64,000 nucleotides of DNA from Saprospiraceae bacterium (GCA_016710265.1 JADJJL010000001.1:859553-923552); one strand, 5' to 3'. Shown: positions 35,447 to 48,502, numbered from the stretch's first letter. Made by a program: numbers and translations. The notes: a model not told the origin generated them from the sequence alone.

Positions 35447-36657
35447 ATAATGGAGGTAAGCAGCAATTCTAAATTCGTATATTTAATTCCAAATCTTCTG
35501 CTCAAATATTCATTGGTCAGACATCCTTTATAAGTATAAATTCCATTTCGAAGACCTCTGTACTGATACAATATTTCTTCGATGCTGCCTGCATCTCCTG
35601 CTCTTTGCAAAATAGGTGTCATAATATTACTTATAGCGATAGATGCAGTCCGAGATACCTTGGATGCTATATTTGGTACACCATAATGAATGACTCCATG
35701 GACTACTCGTGTGGGTTGTTCGTGTGTGGTCAATTGGCTGGTTTCAAAACAACCTCCTTGGTCGATCGAAACATCAATGATCACAGATCCTGGCTTCATT
35801 TGCAAAACCATTTCTTCCGAAACGACGATGGGAGTTCTTCCAATTTTCGAATGGATGGCACCAATGACTACATCTGCAGAAACCAATTGCTGCAATAACG
35901 ACACCGGATTGAGTGAGGAGGTATAGAGAGGAATTCCTACTCTGCTTTGTATTCTGGTGAGTTTGTGTATTTCATCATCAAATATTCTGACCGAAGCTCC
36001 TAATGCAAGAGCTGCTCTGGTTGCAAACTGAGCAACAACTCCAGCACCCAATATTAGTACCTTAGCTGGAGGAACTCCACTGACTCCTCCCAATAATACA
36101 CCTCTTCCTTTGTTGGTGTTGGTTAATAATTCAGCAGCTGTGTGAATCACAGCAAGTCCGGCAATTTCACTCATGACTCTCACCAAAGGAAAGCTATTGT
36201 CTTCTGCTTGCATGTATTCCATGGCCAACGATGTCACTCTCTTTTGGCGCAAGGTCTGTATATATTCAGGTTCAATCACTGGAAGTTGAAGAGGAGAAAT
36301 TAAAAGTTGATTGGTCTTAAATAAACCCAATTCTTCCAAAGAAGGTGGCGAAACCTTTAGAATTACATTGGCTTCAAAGACTTGATCTCTTGAATAACAA
36401 ATTTGAGCACCTGCTTCTGAATAATTGTGATCCGAAAAATTTGATTTTTCTCCGGCTCCTGATTCTACCAAAACTTGATGACCTCTGGCCACCAAATTGT
36501 GTACAGAATGAGGAACAAGCCCAACCCTATTCTCATGGTAAAAACTTTCCTTGGGTATTCCTATACTGATTGAATTCTTTGCTTTCAGGAAGTCTTTCAT
36601 TTCAACCTGAGTCTGTGTAAAATTTTTCTCTATCGGAATATAAACAGGGTGGCTCAT
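35443..36657 (-). CDS. Alanine dehydrogenase / PNT-family NAD(H)-dependent dehydrogenase
   Basis: IGIPKESFYHENRVGLVPHSV...GHQVLVESGAG is typical of the AlaDH/PntA N-terminal domain, with Rossmann motif LILGAGVVAQ. 4-nt overlap with tsaE upstream, and its 3' end overlaps the convergent helicase by 4 nt. Confidence 0.75.
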   Translation of the reverse strand: MSHPVYIPIEKNFTQTQVEMKDFLKAKNSISIGIPKESFYHENRVGLVPHSVHNLVARGHQVLVESGAGEKSNFSDHNYSEAGAQICYSRDQVFEANVILKVSPPSLEELGLFKTNQLLISPLQLPVIEPEYIQTLRQKRVTSLAMEYMQAEDNSFPLVRVMSEIAGLAVIHTAAELLTNTNKGRGVLLGGVSGVPPAKVLILGAGVVAQFATRAALALGASVRIFDDEIHKLTRIQSRVGIPLYTSSLNPVSLLQQLVSADVVIGAIHSKIGRTPIVVSEEMVLQMKPGSVIIDVSIDQGGCFETSQLTTHEQPTRVVHGVIHYGVPNIASKVSRTASIAISNIMTPILQRAGDAGSIEEILYQYRGLRNGIYTYKGCLTNEYLSRRFGIKYTNLELLLTSII

Positions 36658-37091
36658 GTCTTCAACTTTAAAGTGTATTTTCTTAAATCATTTGACAATG
36701 TATCTATTTTAATCCAGGCATATGGCATTTCATTTAACAAAGGAAGAATCAATTCCGGCCATTCTATTATAAAATAAGCATCCTGGTATAAATAATCAAT
36801 GACTCCGGCATCATGTACTTCATTCAAAGTGTTAAGCCTGTAAAGATCTGCGTGATAAATTTGATTTAATCCAAAGGAAGTATTGATACATTCATATTGA
36901 TTGATGATAGAGAAAGTTGGACTGCTTACTTCCTTTTCAAAACCCAATAATCGTCCAAATTGCCTTACCAGATGGGTTTTTCCTCCACCAAGATTTGATT
37001 CAAGACACCATATTTTAAAAGGAAACATCCGTTTAATCCAATCAAGCAAGACAGCGTCAGGAATTTCCGGACCTGATTCAAATTCGTACAT
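36654..37091 (-). CDS. tsaE: tRNA threonylcarbamoyladenosine (t6A) biosynthesis ATPase TsaE
   Basis: 145 aa with P-loop LGGGKTHLV, SPTFSIINQY and HADLYRL motifs characteristic of TsaE/YjeE. Confidence 0.8.
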   Translation of the reverse strand: MYEFESGPEIPDAVLLDWIKRMFPFKIWCLESNLGGGKTHLVRQFGRLLGFEKEVSSPTFSIINQYECINTSFGLNQIYHADLYRLNTLNEVHDAGVIDYLYQDAYFIIEWPELILPLLNEMPYAWIKIDTLSNDLRKYTLKLKT

Positions 37092-37145
37092 CTTTGCAAA
37101 GGTACAAACTTAAGTTTATTGCTTCTAATGGATTTAGATAGAACT

Positions 37146-39176
37146 TTATAAAGCGATCAACTTGTAAACAGATTTCTTGCTTTTATTCTTGACTACGGCT
37201 AGGATAATTTTGCCCGACTCCATTTGTAAATTGGTTTGCACAAAATTAATACCTGAATTCAAAAGATAATCTTTGGTTTCAAAAAGCAATTTTCCTTCAA
37301 GATTGACCAAGCTTATATCACAGACCTGAAGATTTTGCGATTGGAGCATTAGACCAAAATTTTCATTGCTGTTTATCCAAACTTTTAGGTCATTTTCAAA
37401 AGCGAGATCATTTTGATCATTGGTGGCCAAATCGGTCACAATGGTCATGACAGAATATCTTCCAAGTGAAACATTCGATTCATTGTTTTGGATGACAGGA
37501 ATGCTGTTGCTCCAATAATTATTTTCTGAGGAAGTATAAGCGGTTTGGTTTATTAAATTTACTGGCCAACGAATATTTATATTTTGATTGCTAGAGCTAG
37601 AATTGACCAACACGGTGACAAGGGTCCTGTTTTTTTCATTCAAATAACTTGAAGCATAAAGTCCTGTGGCACCTGTTAATGAAGAAGTTAATAGTTTTGC
37701 ACCAGGTCTTATATATTTAAAGAAATGTTTGGCTGCTACATATTTTGGAGAATTTTGTCTTAGTGTTGGGCTGGTTAGTCCTTGGTCTGATACAAGACCA
37801 TTTGCATCTACATCCGAAAAGGTCCAATATATCCAGGCACTTTCAACTCCTGTGGTAAGGGCTTGATGGATTTTAACGGCTATACTAAAACCTCCTTGAC
37901 CCGGAAATCCGGATTTAGGAAAGATCCAATCTGGGTGTTCCCCGGAAGTTTCGGTCATCCAACTTTTCTTTCCATAACTACTAAATCCTTTAATGTTGGA
38001 AGGAAGACCTTGAGCTGGGCTATTGGTCCAACCATTAACCCACCATTGCCAGGTCCGAGGATCTGAACCTGCAGAGCTGACACCGTCTGGTGCATATCCA
38101 TGGATACAAAAGAAATCAATCGCTTTTTTAGCATCTGCATCTCGGTCTATGTTGTGAAGGTATTGCAGATTTTTATGCACAGGACCTCCATACTCCCACA
38201 ATCCATAGGCATCTCCTCCCAAAAGATCTTCTGGTCCCATAATTTTGATGTCTTTTAATTCCGGATATTTATCAAACTCAGCTCTCACGATTTTTAAAGC
38301 TGTGATGTACTGAGAAGAAAGTGGGTAAGTTGCGCTGTTGTAAAACTGTTCAAAATTCAATTCATTTTGGATACTGATGGCATAAAATTTTATTTTATGA
38401 AATCTTTGGTATCCCGCGATATAAGCTGCTGTACTTCTGGCAAACTGAGTCAAAGCGCTGGTTGGACCAGATCCTCCCATGGATTGATCATTAAAAACTT
38501 GTAAGGGCGTATTGGAAACATCTAATCTACCTCCGGCAAAATTTCCTCCCCAAACAAAAGGCCACGGCGTATTTTGTACAGGTCCCGGCCACCAATTTTG
38601 ATTGTATCTATTGCCAGAAGAAACTTTTACCCATGGCAATGGAGACCATATGGAAGCGGTCATTGTCCTTTCTATACCTGCGATTTGATCTGCTGATATT
38701 TTTTGAAGAGCTTGATTGGTTTGATATCTAAATACAAGAATATTTCTTTCTATATCTGGTCCCATCACAGCGATCGGTGCAGATCTGCCTCCAAAAGTCC
38801 TGCCGTAATCCTGTGCATTGGTATAAGTTCTGACTCTATTTCCTTCAGGACCATTTGGATTGGCGGGATCTTCCAAGTTAAAAACCGAACGCGTCTGAGA
38901 TCCCATAAACCAAGGAGAATAATAACTGAGATCGGAATAAGGCGATACGAGTACAGGTGTGAGATCTACCCTAAAAATACTGCAATCCATGTCTTCGAAA
39001 AACAGTTGATTCCACCAGGATTGATTGAGCACATCTCCACTTTGATGGGCTCCAAATCCATCGATGGTGTGCAGGGGTTTATCCAACTCAATGTTTAAAG
39101 TATTGGTTTGAGAATTGAGTTTTATTGTACTAATAATCACAACGATCGTCAACAAATGGAAAGTATAAGTTTTCAT
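37146..39176 (-). CDS. Secreted glycoside hydrolase (GH30-like, clan GH-A) with T9SS type A C-terminal domain
   Basis: IDGFGAH near the N-terminus. ISIQNELNFEQ (candidate acid/base Glu) and SWMTETSGE (candidate nucleophile Glu) are in GH30-like order. A beta-rich C-terminal tail of about 80 aa ends in KSVYKLIAL. Confidence 0.7.
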   Translation of the reverse strand: MKTYTFHLLTIVVIISTIKLNSQTNTLNIELDKPLHTIDGFGAHQSGDVLNQSWWNQLFFEDMDCSIFRVDLTPVLVSPYSDLSYYSPWFMGSQTRSVFNLEDPANPNGPEGNRVRTYTNAQDYGRTFGGRSAPIAVMGPDIERNILVFRYQTNQALQKISADQIAGIERTMTASIWSPLPWVKVSSGNRYNQNWWPGPVQNTPWPFVWGGNFAGGRLDVSNTPLQVFNDQSMGGSGPTSALTQFARSTAAYIAGYQRFHKIKFYAISIQNELNFEQFYNSATYPLSSQYITALKIVRAEFDKYPELKDIKIMGPEDLLGGDAYGLWEYGGPVHKNLQYLHNIDRDADAKKAIDFFCIHGYAPDGVSSAGSDPRTWQWWVNGWTNSPAQGLPSNIKGFSSYGKKSWMTETSGEHPDWIFPKSGFPGQGGFSIAVKIHQALTTGVESAWIYWTFSDVDANGLVSDQGLTSPTLRQNSPKYVAAKHFFKYIRPGAKLLTSSLTGATGLYASSYLNEKNRTLVTVLVNSSSSNQNINIRWPVNLINQTAYTSSENNYWSNSIPVIQNNESNVSLGRYSVMTIVTDLATNDQNDLAFENDLKVWINSNENFGLMLQSQNLQVCDISLVNLEGKLLFETKDYLLNSGINFVQTNLQMESGKIILAVVKNKSKKSVYKLIAL

Positions 39177-39523
39177 AAAGATGGTATTGAATGAATAAGA
39201 CTATTATGAGATAGTTTATGTTGCAAAGAAAAGAAAAATTATTTAATGGACTTGGTAAACTACCAATCACCAACGGTCAGGTATTTAAAATAAGTTCTGA
39301 ATTTTGTCCATTACTGTTAAGTGCAAAATTTAGTGATTCTAACTTATCGAACTGTTTTTTGGTATTAAATAATTTGTTTGAAATTTTGAAATAAATTAAT
39401 ATTTCAAGTTTAATAATTGTAAAAATAAATTCTTTTTAATTTTCAAAATAATCCTATTTATCTTTGAGATTAACAATTGGACTAATTACAATCCAAAAAT
39501 TTAATAAATAAAAAAGAATTTCA

Positions 39524-41197
39524 ATGAATAAAATGTCCATGGTTTTGCCTTCGAAAGGAGATTTATTTGGAGGGATTACTGCTGGAATTGTAGCCTTACC
39601 TTTGGCATTGGCATTTGGTGTTCAATCTGGATTGGGTCCGGCTGCTGGTTTGTATGGCGCGATGATATTGGGGTTTTTTGCAGCATGGCTGGGTGGCACA
39701 AACACCCAAATCAGTGGTCCCACAGGACCAATGACCGTTATAACTGCAGCGACGGTTGGTTCAATGTCTGCTGCCATGGGAAGTATTGAAGTTGCATTAC
39801 CAGCAATCATTGTTTGTTTTATTCTTGCCGGAATTATTCAAATTGGAATGGGATTGGTCAAACTAGGTGGATACATCAAGTATATTCCTTATCCTGTCAT
39901 ATCTGGTTTTATGAGTGGTATTGGTATGATCATCATTTTATTACAAATATTTCCCGCATTTGGTTTGGATTCACCCAAAACCACCATAGATGTAATTAAA
40001 AGTTTACCATCCCTTTTTCAAGGTATGAATGTATGGGCTACTTTTTACACCATTATGACCATTGTAATTATTTACTTATTTCCTAAAATTAAAACAGGAA
40101 TTCCTAGTAGCCTTGTAGGGTTGATTGTAATTTCAATTCTCGCTACTGTATTAGCTTATGAAGTCCCCATCATTGGAGATGTACCAAAAGGATTACCGGT
40201 CCCACAGATCAATGGTTGGTTGACAATTCCGCAAGATGTTTGGCTTCTCATTCTTAATTCGGCGGCAACTTTGGCAGCATTGGGTGCTATAGATTCTTTG
40301 CTTACGTCAGTCGTAGCTGATAATTTAACACGAACGCGACATGATAGCAATAAAGAATTAATTGGACAAGGAATTGGTAATGCAATATCAGGATTGTTTG
40401 GCGGTATTCCGGGAGCTGGTGCTACGATGCGTACCTTGGTCAATGTGAGATCCGGTGGTAAAACAAAAGCATCAGGGATGATTCATGGTTTGGTGCTGTT
40501 GGTCATCTTGGTTGGAGTTGGGCAATATGCTGCGTTAATTCCTAAATCTGTTTTAGCAGGAATATTATTGACGGTGGGCTTATCCATATTGGATTATAAA
40601 GGAGTAAGACATGTTTTTAAAGTGCCCAAACACGATGCCATCATTATGATCATCGTTTTTCTGGTGACCGTATTTCTTGATTTATTGGTAGCTGTAGGTA
40701 TCGGAATGGTGATGGCCAGTATTTTATTTATGATCCAACTTGGTAAATTAATGGAAGATAGGACGACCTTAAAATCCATTGAAAATGCGCATCCAGATGA
40801 TCAAAAATTGGTTATAAAAGAAATTCCTAAACAACATCATCATAATATATTAATCGACTCTCTCGATGGTCCGTTATTCTTTGGATATGCCAGTGCTTTT
40901 CAAAAAAAATTCTCCAAAGTTCCAGAGGTAAGATTTATCATTTTAAACATGAAAAAGGTTCCTTTTGTGGACCAATCTGGTTTGTATGCCATGGAAGAAG
41001 TCATCTTAGACACGGAAACAAAAGAAGTAGATATACTTCTAGTGGGGTTACAGAAACAACCTAAAGCCAGATTTATGTCTATCAATGTGATTCCGGATCT
41101 TATTAATGAAGAGCATATTTTCGAAGATATGGAAAGTTGTATTTTCTTTATAAAAAATTATTATCTAGAAAAAGACAAACTCAATCCGGAATTGTAA
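39524..41197 (+). CDS. SulP-family inorganic anion (sulfate/bicarbonate) transporter with C-terminal STAS domain
   Basis: The polytopic N-terminal region starts with GDLFGGITAGIVALPLALAFG, typical of SulP. The C-terminal region of about 120 aa resembles STAS (LDGPLFFGYASAF). Confidence 0.9.
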   Translation: MNKMSMVLPSKGDLFGGITAGIVALPLALAFGVQSGLGPAAGLYGAMILGFFAAWLGGTNTQISGPTGPMTVITAATVGSMSAAMGSIEVALPAIIVCFILAGIIQIGMGLVKLGGYIKYIPYPVISGFMSGIGMIIILLQIFPAFGLDSPKTTIDVIKSLPSLFQGMNVWATFYTIMTIVIIYLFPKIKTGIPSSLVGLIVISILATVLAYEVPIIGDVPKGLPVPQINGWLTIPQDVWLLILNSAATLAALGAIDSLLTSVVADNLTRTRHDSNKELIGQGIGNAISGLFGGIPGAGATMRTLVNVRSGGKTKASGMIHGLVLLVILVGVGQYAALIPKSVLAGILLTVGLSILDYKGVRHVFKVPKHDAIIMIIVFLVTVFLDLLVAVGIGMVMASILFMIQLGKLMEDRTTLKSIENAHPDDQKLVIKEIPKQHHHNILIDSLDGPLFFGYASAFQKKFSKVPEVRFIILNMKKVPFVDQSGLYAMEEVILDTETKEVDILLVGLQKQPKARFMSINVIPDLINEEHIFEDMESCIFFIKNYYLEKDKLNPEL

Positions 41198-41330
41198 ACA
41201 ATGTTATTAAATCCATAGTGACATCAATTCTCAAAAACTATTTGAAATAAATTATTAAATAATTTAACCCAAGGTAGTTTTTAAAAAATCAACAGTTCAA
41301 CTTAAATATTTATGAATGCTTTAGAAAGAT

Positions 41331-43268
<1,938 letters not shown>

Positions 43269-43403
43269 TTACCTATTTTAAAAATGTGTGCAAAGATACT
43301 AAACTTTACGCTCATATTTTAATATAAAAGCCATAAAAAGAAGCCATAAAATATAAAGAAAAGATAACAGGCTTAAGCCTTAAAAACGAGATCCAATGCT
43401 AAA

Positions 43404-44423
43404 TTATGTGGCATTGGTTTGAGTGTATTGCTTCGCATAAAGATCAATCAATAAGATAAGTGAGGAAATCAATATAGGTCCGAAAATTAAGCCTAAAAAT
43501 CCAAATAACTTTATTCCAATAATGACTCCAAAAATGGTAATCAGAGGATGGGTATTTCCGATTTTATCTTGAAGCCAAAATCTGAAAACATTGTCTACAG
43601 ATCCAACCAAAATAAAACAATATAAAAATAAAAAGACACCATAACTTTCATTGCCATTGTAAAGCAATACGATCGACAGAGGTAAATAAATGATCATAGA
43701 TCCAATGATGGGAATGAAAGAAGCAATAAATGTCATAAATGTCCATAAAAATGGTTCTGAAACACCAGCTATAAGATAACCTGCCATAGCAACCAAACTT
43801 TGAACAAGTGCAACCAAAGGAACGCCAACTGCATTACTGAAAACCATGGAATTTAAATGTTTTTTCAACTGTTCACTGACTTTTTGATCCAATGGCAACA
43901 GACCTGTTAATCTCCTTTCAATGGTCTTACTGTTCATCATCAGATAATACAATAAGAAATACATAATTAGCAAAATGGCGATGCTGTTGAGTGTGGCAGA
44001 CAAAAAACTTCCACCTTCCTGTACCAACCAATCTCTTCCCATGACGATTGAATCATCTGAAATTACATCAAAACCCAATTTGCGCTCCAAATCTTTTGAA
44101 AATTGCTCTAAATAGGAAAAGATTTCTTTCGAACTTTGGAGATATGCTTGAATCCGACTACTGATAACCTTCACTATTGCCCATGCAGGTATGACTAATA
44201 CGATTAGTGTGATCATTATCATACTCATCGTGGACCATATCGGTGACCATTTTCTCTTGACAGTTAAGTAAAAATGGGGTTTTCTTAAAAGTATGTAAAG
44301 GGTATAAGCGCCTAAAAACGAAGGTAAAAAAATTTTTAGTTCCCAAAATATAATGGAGATTAATAATAGGATTATTACTATGAGTACAAATTGTCGAATA
44401 AATTGGCTGGATATTGCTTGCAT
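43404..44423 (-). CDS. AI-2E (PerM/UPF0118) family transporter
   Basis: 339 aa, about 8 TM helices, with the conserved Gly/Pro-rich C-terminal helix region FGFLGLIFGPILIS. Confidence 0.8.
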   Translation of the reverse strand: MQAISSQFIRQFVLIVIILLLISIIFWELKIFLPSFLGAYTLYILLRKPHFYLTVKRKWSPIWSTMSMIMITLIVLVIPAWAIVKVISSRIQAYLQSSKEIFSYLEQFSKDLERKLGFDVISDDSIVMGRDWLVQEGGSFLSATLNSIAILLIMYFLLYYLMMNSKTIERRLTGLLPLDQKVSEQLKKHLNSMVFSNAVGVPLVALVQSLVAMAGYLIAGVSEPFLWTFMTFIASFIPIIGSMIIYLPLSIVLLYNGNESYGVFLFLYCFILVGSVDNVFRFWLQDKIGNTHPLITIFGVIIGIKLFGFLGLIFGPILISSLILLIDLYAKQYTQTNAT

Positions 44424-44603
44424 TTATGATGTCAATTAGCTACAAAATTAGAGGTTAAAATTTAATACATCCAAATTATTTAATTCAATTTAAACATCAG
44501 GTAAAATCTAGCATATTGGTATGTTCGTTGTAACAATATTTGATTTTATTACACCCCATGAAATTTTATAATGTTGAATTTTTAAATTTTGGGTCGCAAA
44601 AAA

Positions 44604-46361
44604 TTAATAAGAATTTACGATCATTTTTTTGGTTAAAAATGGCTTTCCATTTATTTTTAAAGTGTAAAAATATTGCCCTTCCAGTTGAATCCAGGCACCA
44701 ATGTCAAGTAGAATTTCATTGACTCCCAAAACCAATTGGAGAGACTTTGTTTTTAATAAGCGCCCTTGCACATCTGTTATTTCAAGACTAGAGGAAGAAA
44801 CATCAGAGAGATCATGTACTAAAATTGGAATCAAAGTATATTCATCAAAAGGGTTTGGTTTATTCTGCAACAATTCAATTCCCTTTTTCAAGTTTTCATT
44901 TTCTGTTCCAGTGGTTACTCTGGCTGGATATTCTGAGCCAAACATTGAATACCAACCATCATTGTCTATGCCCGCTGCAGTCACATAATAGAGTGTGGGA
45001 TTAAGACCCTCAATAGAAATTTGAGTTTGATCTGAAATGATCACTGTATCAAAAAATGCTGAACTCAAATTCCGAATACCAAATATAAATTTTTTTAGTC
45101 CCTGCGGGTTTTCAATTTCAATCTGAATTTTTTTAGGACCTGGAACCACTTTCAACAATAAGGGCGAAATATTTGTAGAAGCTGCATGTAACAACGTCCA
45201 AGCATTGACTAAAGAATTTTTCCTCAGGTAATTAAAATCAACATAAAGGCTATCCAATTTTCCGTCGCCATCAAGGTCTTTTCCCAGTACATCTCTGGTA
45301 GAATGTTGCCTGTCGTGGTAGTTGGCTTGGCTTGGATTACCATCTCCATGTTCATAAGAAGAAGTAAACCGGATGCTGGTATATCCTTGTTCTCTAAATG
45401 GAATGTGATCTCCTCCTCTTCCTGTTCGATCTTCAGCAAACATGACGTCTATCAAAGGAACCCTCATTGCTTCATTTCTTAGCGTATGATCTGTGATCAG
45501 CTTGCTTAAACGTGCTTGATTTTTTGACATACTATTGGTGGTGCCGGAGGAAAAAATTCTAAAGCGAAGGCTGTCCAGAAGTCCTGGTCCCGGGCATCCG
45601 GGGGCTGAAGAAGTATTCCCACATTCAATCCCTCCAACGACATCATTGTTAAAAACTGCTTTTATTTTAATGCCATTTTGTTTGCAATACAAAGCAAAAG
45701 CCCTGGCACCTCCAAGTCCTTGCTCCTCACCTGTCGTCCAAAGTATAACCAGTGTTCTATTTAATTCCAATCTACTTAAAACTCTGGCCAATTCCATGAT
45801 TAATGCAGATCCGGAACCATTGTCATCTGCTCCCTCTGCCCGGCATGCAGTATCACATAAAGCTTCACATCGACTATCGAGATGTGCTTCCAATATCACC
45901 ATTTCATCTCGGATTTCTGAGTTGCCCGGAATGATGGTTAAAAGTTGGCTATGTCTGGTTTTGCCACACATGGTATAATCAAATTCAAACTCACATGGAA
46001 ACATCAGAGACCCTGCTCTTTGACTCCAGTTATTTAATTTTGAATGGATCCATTTTCTAGCACCCCTAATACCATAATCTGGTAATTCAGGATAATCAGC
46101 AATTGTATTACGATTATAAAAAGAGGTAATCCCATTTAAATGTTCTTTCAGTGAATCAGCATTGAGTTGCTCATTCAACCACCATTTTGTATCATTTAAT
46201 ACTTTGATTTTGCCAACAGTAAAACTGTCTCGCGGAAAGTTGCCTCTAAGTAGTTGTTCACAAAAAGGATCGGATATACTAAAATTACTTTGTGCTGAAA
46301 TTTGGACTACTAAAATCCAATGTATCCATAAACTGAAAAAAATGTAATTTTTCATAAGCAC
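44604..46361 (-). CDS. Secreted M28-family aminopeptidase with T9SS type A C-terminal domain
   Basis: Zinc-ligand contexts EAHLDS, GADDNGSGSA and TGEEQGLGGA. C-terminal QNKPNPFDEYTLIPI...YFYTLKINGKPF is typical of Por/T9SS sorting domains. Confidence 0.8.
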   Translation of the reverse strand: MLMKNYIFFSLWIHWILVVQISAQSNFSISDPFCEQLLRGNFPRDSFTVGKIKVLNDTKWWLNEQLNADSLKEHLNGITSFYNRNTIADYPELPDYGIRGARKWIHSKLNNWSQRAGSLMFPCEFEFDYTMCGKTRHSQLLTIIPGNSEIRDEMVILEAHLDSRCEALCDTACRAEGADDNGSGSALIMELARVLSRLELNRTLVILWTTGEEQGLGGARAFALYCKQNGIKIKAVFNNDVVGGIECGNTSSAPGCPGPGLLDSLRFRIFSSGTTNSMSKNQARLSKLITDHTLRNEAMRVPLIDVMFAEDRTGRGGDHIPFREQGYTSIRFTSSYEHGDGNPSQANYHDRQHSTRDVLGKDLDGDGKLDSLYVDFNYLRKNSLVNAWTLLHAASTNISPLLLKVVPGPKKIQIEIENPQGLKKFIFGIRNLSSAFFDTVIISDQTQISIEGLNPTLYYVTAAGIDNDGWYSMFGSEYPARVTTGTENENLKKGIELLQNKPNPFDEYTLIPILVHDLSDVSSSSLEITDVQGRLLKTKSLQLVLGVNEILLDIGAWIQLEGQYFYTLKINGKPFLTKKMIVNSY

Positions 46362-46619
46362 TTTTTTGATTTATGGGGTAAATATAGTCTAAATCATCTA
46401 GAATATAAAGCCCAACGTATTACGTTGATCATATTTGATTGGATCTACAATAAATTATATAAAAAGTAAGCTTAGCAATCTATCCAAAAAAATCAAGTTT
46501 AGAATGATTATTTGCCACTCATTAAGATCACTTCTTAAAGCAAAAAATAAATAAGATAAATAAATATTAGGTATTCGATGAATAATTAAGTTTGAGACAA
46601 AGAATTTCCTCTAATGCTG

Positions 46620-48395
46620 TTATTCCTTTTCAAAATTTCGACCCTCTTTCTGTTCAGAAGCCAGATCTATGCGGAGAGGTCTGCCATTATAAACAGCATT
46701 TTTCATTTTTTTCATTTGTTCTGCAGAGTCTGCATCAGTAACAAAAAATGAATAAACACCTTTCATTTCTATATCTCTCACAGCTCTTCCGCTGACACGG
46801 GTATGTTTAAAGATTAATTCCCTGATTTCGTCATATTTCATCCCGTCTTTCTTTCCGACGTTGATAAAAAGTCTATGCATTTTATCATTACCCTGAGAGG
46901 TTCTGCCTCCTCGATCGGATCGATCGGATCTTCCTGATCTGTCGGATCTATCGGATCTTCCTGATCTATCGGATCTATCGGATCTTCCAGTTCTAGCACT
47001 TGAACCTGACCTTTTACTATCCCATTTATCATTTCTTCCTCCATCAGATCTGCTTTGTCTTGCAGTCTCATCCACATTGATGTCTGGCGAATCCGTATAG
47101 TTAATTCCCATTCTTAGAAGTTCGGCTCCAATTAATTTTTGGACCAATTCTTCTTTCTCCATTTCCATCAACGGCCAAATCCATTCATTTTTAAACTTAG
47201 GAACTAAATTTGCATCATTCTCTTGTGATTTAAACAAATCAATGAATGATTTTAGACGTGCATGAACTACTTGTTCCCCATTGGGAATTAAATATCTTTC
47301 AAATTTAACACCTGCCAGTTTTTCAATATGATGGAGTTTGTAGGCTTCTCTGATGTGTAACAATGCGATAGAAATTCCTTTTTGTCCAGCTCTGGCAGTA
47401 CGTCCACTACGATGGGTATAATTTTCAATATCATCCGGTAAATGATAATGAATAATATGGGTGATATTTTTTACATCAATTCCTCTCGCAGCTACGTCTG
47501 TGGCCAACAATGCTTTGATGGCTTTGTGACGAAACCGATGCATGACCTTGTCGCGCTGGGCTTGAGCCAAATCACCATGCAAACAATCTGCAGAGTAACC
47601 ATCTCTAACCAGATGGTCTGATAGTTCCTGAGTTTCAGCTTTGGTTGTGCAGAAAACGATCCCATAAAAATCCTCGTGAAAATCAATGATACGTTTTAAA
47701 GCAGTGTATTTATCGCGCGCTTGTACCACGGCATATTGATGGCTAATATTTTGTTGGGCTGTATTTTTCTTACCAATGGTTACCTCTGTAGGGTTATTGA
47801 GATAAGTAGCTGCTATTTTACGAATCTCGGGTGACATGGTCGCAGAAAATAAACCCGTAATTTTTTCATCCGGCGTTTCTGCAAGAATGGTTTCCATGTC
47901 TTCTCTAAATCCCATGTTTAACATCTCATCGGCCTCATCCAACACAACCGTATTGATATCCTGCAATTTGATGACTTTCCTTTCGATTAAATCAATCAAC
48001 CTACCTGGTGTGGCTACTATAATCTGGGCTGATTTACGAATGTCTTTAATTTGCATGGTGATGCTACTTCCTCCATATACGGCTACAATGCTGATGGAAG
48101 GTAAATGTTTAGCATATTTTTTGAGATCAGAAGCAATCTGCATACACAACTCGCGTGTTGGAGATATGATTAAGGCTTGGGTTCCTTTATTTTCTGTTTG
48201 TATATTTTGTAGAATGGGAAGACCAAACGCGGCTGTTTTACCGGTACCGGTTTGGGCAAGTGCAATTAAATCGGAGGATTGAGATAAAAAAATTGGAATG
48301 GCTTTTAATTGGATATCCGTTGGATTCTCAAAGCCAAGTTCTTCAATTGCTTTACAAATACGAGGCTCAACGCCTAATTCTAAAAATGGATTCAT
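46620..48395 (-). CDS. DEAD-box ATP-dependent RNA helicase with Arg/Ser/Asp repeat linker and DbpA-like C-terminal RNA-binding domain
   Basis: Q-motif region, then AQTGTGKT, PTRELC, VLDEADEM, SAT and HRSGRTARAG. The C-terminal LFINVGKKDG...GRPLRIDLA resembles the DbpA/DeaD RBD. Confidence 0.9.
   Translation of the reverse strand: MNPFLELGVEPRICKAIEELGFENPTDIQLKAIPIFLSQSSDLIALAQTGTGKTAAFGLPILQNIQTENKGTQALIISPTRELCMQIASDLKKYAKHLPSISIVAVYGGSSITMQIKDIRKSAQIIVATPGRLIDLIERKVIKLQDINTVVLDEADEMLNMGFREDMETILAETPDEKITGLFSATMSPEIRKIAATYLNNPTEVTIGKKNTAQQNISHQYAVVQARDKYTALKRIIDFHEDFYGIVFCTTKAETQELSDHLVRDGYSADCLHGDLAQAQRDKVMHRFRHKAIKALLATDVAARGIDVKNITHIIHYHLPDDIENYTHRSGRTARAGQKGISIALLHIREAYKLHHIEKLAGVKFERYLIPNGEQVVHARLKSFIDLFKSQENDANLVPKFKNEWIWPLMEMEKEELVQKLIGAELLRMGINYTDSPDINVDETARQSRSDGGRNDKWDSKRSGSSARTGRSDRSDRSGRSDRSDRSGRSDRSDRGGRTSQGNDKMHRLFINVGKKDGMKYDEIRELIFKHTRVSGRAVRDIEMKGVYSFFVTDADSAEQMKKMKNAVYNGRPLRIDLASEQKEGRNFEKE
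46908..46988 (-). repeat. 27-nt tandem repeat (about 2.4 copies plus degenerate 9-nt units) encoding (SDR/SGR)n in the helicase linker
   Basis: ATCGGATCTTCCTGATCTGTCGGATCT (46923-46949), ATCGGATCTTCCTGATCTATCGGATCT (46950-46976, one mismatch) and the partial ATCGGATCTTCC (46977-46988). It encodes GRSDRSDRSGRSDRSDRSGRSDRSDRGGR. Confidence 0.85.
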
Positions 48396-48502
48396 TGTTG
48401 ATTAAATTTGATCAGTTTATAAAAAAATTATCACTGATCAGCACCCACAAAATGAATCAGTCTTAAAGACTATATTTGCTGAAAAGCGACATTCCAGAGT
48501 TG

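Noticed and set aside
46908-46988. Short tandem repeats considered as a possible CRISPR-like or intergenic repeat array.
   Set aside because: They are in frame inside the helicase CDS, have a 9/27-nt period with no spacers, and encode an RSD low-complexity linker.
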